From the NCBI GenBank assembly GCA_004431415.1, contig QPMI01000553.1, positions 248,001-312,000 on the forward strand: 64,000 nucleotides of DNA, given 5' to 3'. Each line of letters begins with the position of its first letter. Positions within the stretch are counted from its first letter, which is position 1. Below, piece after piece: positions 25,187 through 34,491 of this stretch. The notes under the pieces are model-generated. The model worked only from the letters and a program-made list of their open reading frames with translations, made no database searches and was not told the DNA's origin. Position numbers and translations under genes: made by a program. The DNA is from Cyanophora paradoxa CCMP329. Lineage: Eukaryota; Plantae; Glaucophyta.

Positions 25187-25225
25187 TGGGTTGTGCTACT
25201 ATCTGTTACAGTTTCTTTAATTCTC

Positions 25226-25504
25226 TTAGGTTTTTTCGATATCAAACACTCTTTTAAGAACGCCATCAATTCTTACAGCATGGGATTTAATCCCGAAAAT
25301 GCGCTTAATCATGGTTGCGACCGCTTTTTTTGAAATCGGAAAGTCCACAAGCTCTTCTATTTCAGCATGGATATAATCAGAAGGTGTATAATCACCGTCA
25401 TTACTTAACCTGTAACTATGCATTAAATACGCTTCCACATCGGACATCTCATGTTGATATTTGCCCATTTCCGTTTCATCCATAACAATTTCGATGTATT
25501 CCAT
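25226..25504 (-). CDS. Stand-alone winged-helix-like protein similar to the C-terminal domain of the element's primase-helicase, 92 aa
   Basis: SDVEAYLMHSYRLSND..Y...ISKKAVATMIKRIFGIKS...IDGVLKRVF aligns by eye with SDRIGTFLRDNYALAED..Y...ITGRAVSNKVMEVFKIGS...VGGKSKRVY. Confidence 0.7.
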   Translation of the reverse strand: MEYIEIVMDETEMGKYQHEMSDVEAYLMHSYRLSNDGDYTPSDYIHAEIEELVDFPISKKAVATMIKRIFGIKSHAVRIDGVLKRVFDIEKT

Positions 25505-25653
25505 GTTACACTTAACTGTTACAGCTTAAATTTTTGTTACAAGTTTGACGGTTGATGTCCAAAAATTGACACCATACAACACACAAGGTATTTAAGGGTT
25601 TGACTTAAAAGAGAAGTGAAAGGGATATTATCTAACTCTTATATAGAGGAATA

Positions 25654-26103
25654 ATGGCGAATACTCGGAAATCAAACCAAGAGCTTCTCGCTATTCAGAA
25701 TGGGGAACCTGTCCCACAGGTTGAAAGTAATATAAAGAAGGGAAAAACAATAATATCTGAGGAAGAACGGGAAGAAAAGGCAAGAATAAGAAGGGCAAAA
25801 GATGCGGAGAGGAAGCGTGTTAAGTATCAGGAGATGAAACAACAGAGACTCGCAAATGGTGAGAAAACGGTTAATCCACCTGAGAGATTAGAAAAGATGG
25901 CTTTGTATATTCAGCGACGATATGCGAAGGATGAAGAATTTAGAAACAGAAGGAAAGAGATAACGAGGAACTACCAAGAACGAAAACGCCTCGAAAAGGC
26001 TTCTAAGGTAACTGAGCAAGAGACAGCAAAGAAAGGGGGACGACCTCGTAAATACAATGCTTGTAATCCCGATGCATCATCGGAAAAAATCGTAGCGAAT
26101 TGA
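25654..26103 (+). CDS. Basic/charged helical protein, 149 aa (possible nucleic-acid binding; C-terminal KGGRPRK AT-hook-like motif)
   Basis: Long ORF with AAAATTGA at 25562; K/R/E-rich. Confidence 0.75.
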   Translation: MANTRKSNQELLAIQNGEPVPQVESNIKKGKTIISEEEREEKARIRRAKDAERKRVKYQEMKQQRLANGEKTVNPPERLEKMALYIQRRYAKDEEFRNRRKEITRNYQERKRLEKASKVTEQETAKKGGRPRKYNACNPDASSEKIVAN

Positions 26104-26282
26104 TTGGTAGGAGGTGAAAAAATGACGCTTTACTTTCTCTTTTTTATAACCTAAGCCAAATCATTAAAGTGCCGTGGGCAACCGAAAAGCATTTAAGGAC
26201 ATCCTGAGAAGATAAGGTAAAAAGGAATTCATCAATTCCTCGGATTATTTTCTCTGAGAAAGTTAAGAACCAATCGCTGAAA

Positions 26283-29166
26283 ATGAACGCTAACACGAAA
26301 ATCGCAACTCCCTGTGACAGACTCGGTAACCTGTGCAAGTTTACACCTGAGAAACATAATTACGGGACTTTCCTCCATTGTCTCACTCCGAATACTGACA
26401 CGGACACTGAGACTGTCATAGAGTATTTCGACCATCAGATTACGGAAAGGATTAAGGATGATTTGAAGAAAGGCAAAAAACCGACCTACGCCGAATGCAT
26501 TCAGCCAAACGAAATTACCCGTGTCTATCTGGATTATGACGGCTATGTGGATCTTAAACCCGATGTTGCCGATAACTACAAGGAAGCCGAGGAATTCATT
26601 CGTGGAATGCGCAAGAGACTACACGAACTCACCGGTGCTACCATTGCTGTATCTGTGCGGCATCGTTGTGTTTATTTCGTGAAGGAAGATGTGACCCAAT
26701 TCAAGGTATCGGGGCATTTCGTCTTTACCGATCTGTGCTGTCGTCATGAAGACATCCCGAAATTCTTAAATGTAATCGGACTTACGCCAAATGTCGATTA
26801 TGACCCGCTCGTTTATAAGACAAGGCAGGCGCTTGTTTGTCTGGGTAGTTGCAAGGGGAAATGGTTGGATTCCCAAAACAAAACTAAACGCGATGTTGAT
26901 AAGGATGTAGTATTTACCAAGTTTGTGGATTGCGAAAGCATGTATGACAGCGACTTTTTCGCGCAATTCACCGATTGCCCCACTGTGCTTATCGATGAAT
27001 CAAACATGTATATGTTTGATGCTAACCTAACCCAAGATGAGAAAAACGAACGGTCGGCAAAGGCGAAAGTTGCAGAAGAGCAGATGAAGGAGGAAGGCAA
27101 GACTGAAACCAAGAAGGAGACCGCAACCACGACCAAGAAGGAGACGACCAAGACAACCAAGAAGGAGACGGCGACGACAAGCAAAAAAACAACAAAGAAA
27201 ACGGAGAGTGAAGAGCAGCCGGAGGAGTCCAATAACGTTTCATTTGAGAAACTGAGAGAAGTCGTGATGGGTCTCAGTGCTGAAAGATCGGATACATACG
27301 AAGGTTGGCTTAATGTTGGTTTCGCAATCGCGAATGTTGGAGAGGAAAACAAGATACCACCCGCGAAACAGGAGGCGCTGTTTCACGAATACTCCGAGAA
27401 AAGCCCTAAGTATGATTATGACGAATCCGCGAGCAAATGGGCAAGTATCCGTAAAGGCAAAAAATCCGGTTCCGAAAACAAAACTATAACTTTCGGCTCA
27501 CTTGTGCATTATCTGAAAGAGGATAACCCGGACAAATATTATGAACTGTTTAAACCAAGCCGACAGTTTGCATTTATCGATGAACAGATATGTGTGGAGG
27601 AAAAAGACTATTTCGACGTTAGCGCCATGAATGATAAGATGGCTCAAATCAAATTAGAAATGGATAAGACGCTATTAAGTAAAGGTCTCCCACTTCCTGT
27701 TAGCAAGATATGTAAAGCATTAATTGGCTACAAAGTGCGGTTTTCACGTGGTCTGTGGTTGATCCTGAATGAGAAAACCGGATTTTGGAAGGTAGACAAT
27801 AAGTATGATGGTGGTATGATAAGTCTTATCGGTGAGGTGGTCGGGAAAGCATACTTAGACCGGGAGAACTATTGGACTACCAAGGCGGCAAAGGCGGAGG
27901 AACAGAGCGATAAAAAAGAGTTTGCAGGAAAGGCAACCGCCTGTGCAATTATTGCGGCAAAACTTAACGGCGGAGCATACACGAAAGGACTTCTTACATA
28001 TCTATCTCATGACCTTTACGATGAGACATTTGCCGATAGGTTGGATTCAGTCGCGAATGTTGTCGGCTTTGACGATGGGTTTATGATCTTAACACGTTTG
28101 AATTCCGTCATGGTCGTTCTTCTGATATGATGACTAAAACAGTCTGTTATAACTATGATATTCCGGTGGATCCTGAGAAGGTCAAACGGCTCAATGACTT
28201 CTATATGGATATCACGGGCGACAATGTCGAACTTTGCAATTACATTAAGGCTGTTTATGCCAAGTCTCTAACGGGTAAAATAACATGCAGTTTTTCTATA
28301 TGTTTACGGGTATCGGCTCGAACGGAAAGAGCGTAATCGAAAATTTCATGCATAAGACATTTGGCGACTACTCACGAAATATGAGCATTGGGATTTTCAC
28401 GAAGGAGGATAAAGGTAATGGAATGATTCCGGAACTTGCGAATAAGCAAGGTGTTAGGCTCGTCCATACAAACGAACCAAACACGGGTAGCAAACTGTTG
28501 TCGGGACAAATCAAGAATTTCACAGGTTGTGATGAGATCACAGTAAGAACCCTTTTCAGAGAACCCATTTCATTCGTTCCGATGTTTGTTATCGTCATCC
28601 TCTGTAATAATAACCTCGAATTTGATCAGCCCGACAATGCAGTAGCGCGCCGCTTCCGTTCTGTTCCATTTCAGCAGGTCTATGCCGTCGAACCTAAGCC
28701 CGGACAGAAGAAAGCGGATAAAGACCTTACAGGGTTGTTGAATCCCGATAATGACGTAAATGGTGAATGGCGCAGGGCAAACATGGAGATTCTCATAGAC
28801 ATGCTTAAAAACCATAATGTTAATCATATTATCGACCATCCGCCCCAATGCATCCTCGAACATTCCGCTAATTATCTCGCGGACAGCGACCGTATCGGCA
28901 CATTCCTAAGGGACAACTACGCTTTGGCGGAGGATAACACGAAATACATAATATGTGACGATCTGTTTAAGGATTGCTCCAATACGATGCGAGATGTTGA
29001 TAGAAGAGCAGCGATAACAGGACGAGCTGTAAGCAATAAGGTGATGGAGGTGTTTAAGATCGGCTCGACTGTTAAAAAGGTTGGTGGAAAATCGAAGCGT
29101 GTTTATCTCGGTCTCACAAAGAACCGCGCTAACGATTTCGAAGACGATGACGAAGGTGTGGAATAA
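26283..29166 (+). CDS. D5-like primase-helicase, left copy, with two apparent homopolymer frameshifts (~28078, ~28279)
   Basis: Identical to 34492-37377 except GGG vs GGGG and AAAA vs AAAAA. Confidence 0.88.
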
Positions 29167-29229
29167 AACTAATTGGAAAATATACTATTGATATCTTTTT
29201 TATGATCATGAACCGTAAGACTCGGTTCT

Positions 29230-29560
29230 TAATAGAAGGTTACTTTAAGGTTACTCGGAGTTACTCCGGGTTACTCGGAGTTACTCAGAGAGGTTACGTA
29301 GCGTTTCCCGTTGATCATTACCATTTTCAGTGTTGATATACCGAATTTCTCTTTATTTCACAAGTGGGAGTTACGGTTACGCAACTTTTTGAATTCTTTC
29401 TGAAAATTTTGAGGGGGGTCTTTTTATAGGTGAAGGTCTAAAACTTGCGTAACCGCGTAACTTGCGTAACCTCTACGACATTATGGTGTCGTTTCTCTAT
29501 TATTTTGGGTTACGTAACCTTTTTACTTACGTAACTTGTGTAACCTTAACGTAACCTTCT
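29230..29560 (+). promoter_or_regulatory. Origin-like module, GTAAC type, directly downstream of the helicase gene
   Basis: GTTAC iterons at 10-bp spacing, core at 29426, then CGTAAC iterons. Confidence 0.6.
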
Positions 29561-29702
29561 TATTAATACATCGATATCATATGTTCTCTCTCGCTCTTCT
29601 TTGTTGCCGTTATAGAATGTAGGTAAGACATCGGAAAATCTGAAAAAAATGACATCTTAACTACATATAAGGTTGTTGTGATATATTGAATTGATAATTA
29701 AG

Positions 29703-29927
29703 ATGGCTTGCAAACTCTCCGAAGGCATCGACATGGGCGAATATCTCATTAAAGACCTTCCGGAAGAGTTAAAACCTCTTGCTCGCAAGATGGACTTAAA
29801 AGGAATACGAGAATACTATGAGAGAACCTACCCCGATTTATACAAGAAAAAGCGACGTGTCGAATCATCGGAATTCATCACTGTTAAGGTTCCAAAAGGC
29901 GTAAAGGTCAGAATTCAGAGAATCTAA
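29703..29927 (+). CDS. Hypothetical protein, 74 aa
   Basis: ATG 29703 with AAAAAAATGA at 29643. Confidence 0.6.
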   Translation: MACKLSEGIDMGEYLIKDLPEELKPLARKMDLKGIREYYERTYPDLYKKKRRVESSEFITVKVPKGVKVRIQRI

Positions 29928-29991
29928 CACGCTGAATAATATAAAAAACATTTGTAACACATGATTAATAGAAACCAAAAGAACATTTAAA

Positions 29992-30309
29992 ATGAAGCGG
30001 TTCTATGCTATCAGAGAGCATGACGCCCTTCTTTTTTATACGCGATTCTTTGAGAATCCAGAAAACAGATGTATGGATAAATTCGAAGACTTCTGTAAAG
30101 AATTTACTCAAATCGCTTATGGTAACACTGAAATACGGAGACCATCAAGAAAGCAAAAATTAAAAGACCTTTTTCAAAACATGCTTTTGTCATTTGATGC
30201 TGATAATAGAAATACTGAATATCATAATACAGTCACAGGATCTGTTAGGGAACGTCTCCAAGAGAAATTAGCAAAACGAAGAATATCACAATGTGTGACC
30301 TATTGTTAA
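29992..30309 (+). CDS. Hypothetical protein, 105 aa
   Basis: AAAATG start; compact packing. Confidence 0.6.
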   Translation: MKRFYAIREHDALLFYTRFFENPENRCMDKFEDFCKEFTQIAYGNTEIRRPSRKQKLKDLFQNMLLSFDADNRNTEYHNTVTGSVRERLQEKLAKRRISQCVTYC

Positions 30310-30556
30310 ACGCACTTTAAAAAGGGTCTTTTTTGCAAACCTCCACAGGATCGTGTAGGTTTATGTTTCGATCTACGCAAACAGCTACAATGTACTGTAT
30401 AGGTAGTTTTGAGAGTAAAAACGTTTAACCTACTGTTAAACGCACTTTAAAAGGGTCTTTTTTGCAAACCTCCACAGGATCGTGTAGGTTTATGTTTCGA
30501 TCTACGCAAACAGCTACAATGTCCTGTATGGGTAGTTTTGAAAATTAAAGCGTTTT
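30298..30556. repeat. ~130-bp tandem dimer between convergent genes (mirror at ~33103-33361)
   Basis: ACCTA(T/C)TGTTAAACGCACTTTAAAA... starts at 30298 and 30428. Confidence 0.9.
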
Positions 30557-31002
30557 CACTCTTTCCTGTTCCGATAACATTCGCATTCTGAAAGAAACGA
30601 CCTTAATATTAACTTCCTTATTGCGTCGCGACCTTCCCAATTGTTGTGATCTTTACCCAAAAGTTTGACAAAGTCTAAGATATGGATAAACTCGGGACGC
30701 GATATATCATTAGGTAAATCAAACGGCTCCGTTTCTATTTCCCAATAATTCACTTTGTAGAAATATAACAAACCGTCAGATCCCTTAGCATAGTGTATAT
30801 CGGGATTCTCAGTGAAATATCCGATTTGCTCAATTTTCCATATTATGTCGCTATTATCTAATTCATTCATAAACATTATCAATCTGTCGATATTGATTTT
30901 AATTAAGGAAGTATTAACTGAAAACACGGGTTTTCCGTTGTAGATATACGGCGTCTCCATCATTGCAATCAATCTTAGCACGAGCGTTAGGATGTCTCCC
31001 AT
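30556..31002 (-). CDS. Hypothetical protein, ~148 aa (likely start MGDILT)
   Basis: The second ATG is preceded by AAAAAATGA (31019-31027, minus strand). Confidence 0.65.
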   Translation of the reverse strand: MGDILTLVLRLIAMMETPYIYNGKPVFSVNTSLIKINIDRLIMFMNELDNSDIIWKIEQIGYFTENPDIHYAKGSDGLLYFYKVNYWEIETEPFDLPNDISRPEFIHILDFVKLLGKDHNNWEGRDAIRKLILRSFLSECECYRNRKE

Positions 31003-31276
31003 GCCGCTTAAATGGTTTTCATTTTTTGCCCGCTCAAAAATTGACGCCCCACAAGAACAAACCATAACCTGTAATGCAACGCTCTGTTATTTATGGTCGA
31101 ATCTAATGATGCTACATATGTATTTGTCGAAAAAGAGAATTAACACACTCTAAACCTCTTTCGAAATGCTATAATCCACATTGTTTACTTTTCACTTTGT
31201 GAAAAATCCCTTTTGTATGTGGAAATATCGCGGAACAAATTTATTTAAAAGTATAACAGTTTATAGTTTTAATAAG

Positions 31277-32422
31277 ATGCCTGTAAAAGATACAACCGAG
31301 AGTTTTGTAGAAAAGGCAAAAGCCAAGCATGGAGACAAATATAACTACGCCAATGTAGAATACATTGATAACTCAACAAGGGTTTCGATAGTTTGCCTTT
31401 CTTGCAAAACAGTGATTACTCAAACACCCCATGACCATTTATCAGGTTGCGGGTGTAAATTGTGTAAAATCCAAACAATTAAAGATAAAAATAGACATAC
31501 CAAAGAAGAGTTTATAGAAAGAGCGAAAGCAAAGCACGGTGAACAGTATGGATATGATGAGGTCGACTATATTAACAGTCAAACAAAGGTTAAAATCTAT
31601 TGCTTTGAATGCAATCATTTTTATTTTCAAACGCCAAACAGTCATATAATGGGGAGTGGATGTCCCCAAAAAGGCATTAAAACAATGAAACAAAAGCAGA
31701 GATTGACAAAAGACACATTTGTTGCAAAGGCAACAGAAGCCCATAATGGAAAATATGATTATCAGCATGCAGACTATGTGAATTCAAAAGTAAAAGTTAA
31801 GATACAGTGTCTGACTTGTGAGCAATTCTTTTTAATGGAACCGGCAAACCATTTAAGCGGACAGGGTTGTAAACATTGTAGTCATAGAAAACGTTCCGAG
31901 ACTTTCAGGTTAACAACGCGACAGTTTGTAGAAAAAGCAAGAGAGGTGCATGGAGATGATTATGATTACTCAAAGGTCAATTATATTGATTCGAAAACAA
32001 AAGTTAACCTAACTTGCCGAAAATGTAATAGTGAGTTCTCTCAGGTTCCAAATTATCATCTTTCACAAAAAAGCGGCTGTCCCCACTGTAAATCATCACA
32101 TGGAGAACGGGAAATAAAAAGGTATTTAGAAGATTTGGACATTGCTCACAAGACAGAGTATATGTTTTCTGATTGCTTTTATAAAAATAAATTGAGGTTT
32201 GACTTTTTCATACCAAGCCTGAACATTGTTATAGAGTTTGACGGTCAACAACATTTTGAACCTGTTAAGTGGTTTGGGGGAGAAGAAGGATTTAAAATAA
32301 CACAGATTAGAGATGGAATTAAAAACAGATACTGTGAGACTCATAATTTAAAGCTTTTAAGAATACCATACACTGAAAAAAACATAAAAGGATGTATTGA
32401 CCAATTCTTAAAGACTCTCTGA
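31277..32422 (+). CDS. Four DUF723-like Zn-ribbon repeats plus C-terminal Vsr/DUF559-like PD-(D/E)xK endonuclease
   Basis: Repeats T.E.F..KA...HG..Y.Y..V.Y..S.TKV.I.C..C...F.Q.P..H..G.GC; C-terminus SHGE...LRFDFFIP...IEFDGQQH...RD..KN.YC...LLRIPY. Confidence 0.88.
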   Translation: MPVKDTTESFVEKAKAKHGDKYNYANVEYIDNSTRVSIVCLSCKTVITQTPHDHLSGCGCKLCKIQTIKDKNRHTKEEFIERAKAKHGEQYGYDEVDYINSQTKVKIYCFECNHFYFQTPNSHIMGSGCPQKGIKTMKQKQRLTKDTFVAKATEAHNGKYDYQHADYVNSKVKVKIQCLTCEQFFLMEPANHLSGQGCKHCSHRKRSETFRLTTRQFVEKAREVHGDDYDYSKVNYIDSKTKVNLTCRKCNSEFSQVPNYHLSQKSGCPHCKSSHGEREIKRYLEDLDIAHKTEYMFSDCFYKNKLRFDFFIPSLNIVIEFDGQQHFEPVKWFGGEEGFKITQIRDGIKNRYCETHNLKLLRIPYTEKNIKGCIDQFLKTL

Positions 32423-32656
32423 AAAAAAAGATATTTCCACATACAAAAGGGATTTTTCACAAAGTGAAAAGTAAACAATGTGGATTATAGCATTTCGAAA
32501 GAGGTTTAGAGTGTGTTAATTCTCTTTTTCGACAAATACATATGTAGCATCATTAGATTCGACCATAAATAACAGAGCGTTGCATTACAGGTTATGGTTT
32601 GTTCTTGTGGGGCGTCAATTTTTGAGCGGGCAAAAAATGAAAACCATTTAAGCGGC

Positions 32657-33103
32657 ATGGGAGACATCCTAACGCTCGTGCTAAGATTGATTGCAATGAT
32701 GGAGACGCCGTATATCTACAACGGAAAACCCGTGTTTTCAGTTAATACTTCCTTAATTAAAATCAATATCGACAGATTGATAATGTTTATGAATGAATTA
32801 GATAATAGCGACATAATATGGAAAATTGAGCAAATCGGATATTTCACTGAGAATCCCGATATACACTATGCTAAGGGATCTGACGGTTTGTTATATTTCT
32901 ACAAAGTGAATTATTGGGAAATAGAAACGGAGCCGTTTGATTTACCTAATGATATATCGCGTCCCGAGTTTATCCATATCTTAGACTTTGTCAAACTTTT
33001 GGGTAAAGATCACAACAATTGGGAAGGTCGCGACGCAATAAGGAAGTTAATATTAAGGTCGTTTCTTTCAGAATGCGAATGTTATCGGAACAGGAAAGAG
33101 TGA
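32657..33103 (+). CDS. Hypothetical protein (mirror of 30556-31002)
   Basis: Identical translation. Confidence 0.65.
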   Translation: MGDILTLVLRLIAMMETPYIYNGKPVFSVNTSLIKINIDRLIMFMNELDNSDIIWKIEQIGYFTENPDIHYAKGSDGLLYFYKVNYWEIETEPFDLPNDISRPEFIHILDFVKLLGKDHNNWEGRDAIRKLILRSFLSECECYRNRKE

Positions 33104-33349
33104 AAACGCTTTAATTTTCAAAACTACCCATACAGGACATTGTAGCTGTTTGCGTAGATCGAAACATAAACCTACACGATCCTGTGGAGGTTTGCAAAAA
33201 AGACCCTTTTAAAGTGCGTTTAACAGTAGGTTAAACGTTTTTACTCTCAAAACTACCTATACAGTACATTGTAGCTGTTTGCGTAGATCGAAACATAAAC
33301 CTACACGATCCTGTGGAGGTTTGCAAAAAAGACCCTTTTTAAAGTGCGT

Positions 33350-33666
33350 TTAACAATAGGTCACACATTGTGATATTCTTCGTTTTGCTAATTTCTCTTG
33401 GAGACGTTCCCTAACAGATCCTGTGACTGTATTATGATATTCAGTATTTCTATTATCAGCATCAAATGACAAAAGCATGTTTTGAAAAAGGTCTTTTAAT
33501 TTTTGCTTTCTTGATGGTCTCCGTATTTCAGTGTTACCATAAGCGATTTGAGTAAATTCTTTACAGAAGTCTTCGAATTTATCCATACATCTGTTTTCTG
33601 GATTCTCAAAGAATCGCGTATAAAAAGAAGGGCGTCATGCTCTCTGATAGCATAGAACCGCTTCAT
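33350..33666 (-). CDS. Hypothetical protein (mirror of 29992-30309; homopolymer indel near 33622)
   Basis: Identical except T5 vs T6. Confidence 0.55.
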
Positions 33667-33730
33667 TTTAAATGTTCTTTTGGTTTCTATTAATCATGTG
33701 TTACAAATGTTTTTTATATTATTCAGCGTG

Positions 33731-33955
33731 TTAGATTCTCTGAATTCTGACCTTTACGCCTTTTGGAACCTTAACAGTGATGAATTCCGATGATTCGACA
33801 CGTCGCTTTTTCTTGTATAAATCGGGGTAGGTTCTCTCATAGTATTCTCGTATTCCTTTTAAGTCCATCTTGCGAGCAAGAGGTTTTAACTCTTCCGGAA
33901 GGTCTTTAATGAGATATTCGCCCATGTCGATGCCTTCGGAGAGTTTGCAAGCCAT
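33731..33955 (-). CDS. Hypothetical protein (mirror of 29703-29927)
   Basis: Identical translation. Confidence 0.6.
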   Translation of the reverse strand: MACKLSEGIDMGEYLIKDLPEELKPLARKMDLKGIREYYERTYPDLYKKKRRVESSEFITVKVPKGVKVRIQRI

Positions 33956-34491
33956 CTTAATTATCAATTCAATATATCACAACAACCTTATATGTAGTTA
34001 AGATGTCATTTTTTTCAGATTTTCCGATGTCTTACCTACATTCTATAACGGCAACAAAGAAGAGCGAGAGAGAACATATGATATCGATGTATTAATAAGA
34101 AGGTTACGTTAAGGTTACACAAGTTACGTAAGTAAAAAGGTTACGTAACCCAAAATAATAGAGAAACGACACCATAATGTCGTAGAGGTTACGCAAGTTA
34201 CGCGGTTACGCAAGTTTTAGACCTTCACCTATAAAAAGACCCCCCTCAAAATTTTCAGAAAGAATTCAAAAAGTTGCGTAACCGTAACTCCCACTTGTGA
34301 AATAAAGAGAAATTCGGTATATCAACACTGAAAATGGTAATGATCAACGGGAAACGCTACGTAACCTCTCTGAGTAACTCCGAGTAACCCGGAGTAACTC
34401 CGAGTAACCTTAAAGTAACCTTCTATTAAGAACCGAGTCTTACGGTTCATGATCATAAAAAAGATATCAATAGTATATTTTCCAATTAGTT

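Larger units (their letters stand above)
20191..31229 (+). repeat. Left inverted arm (11,039 bp)
   Basis: Reverse complement of 32430-43466; the differences found are single-base homopolymer indels. Confidence 0.95.

Noticed and set aside
26766-27489. Antisense and alternate-frame ORFs over the helicase (and mirrors), including a hydrophobic 179-aa ORF
   Set aside because: Shadows of the K/T/E-rich linker of the real gene.
26283-29166. Split primase/helicase or programmed frameshifting
   Set aside because: The mirror copy is one intact ORF; the breaks are single-base homopolymer deletions.
21561-29450. 25-bp core repeats as CRISPR repeats or attC-like cassette sites
   Set aside because: Spacing is irregular (0.5-5 kb), the cores sit inside iteron modules, and no cas gene or recombinase is present.
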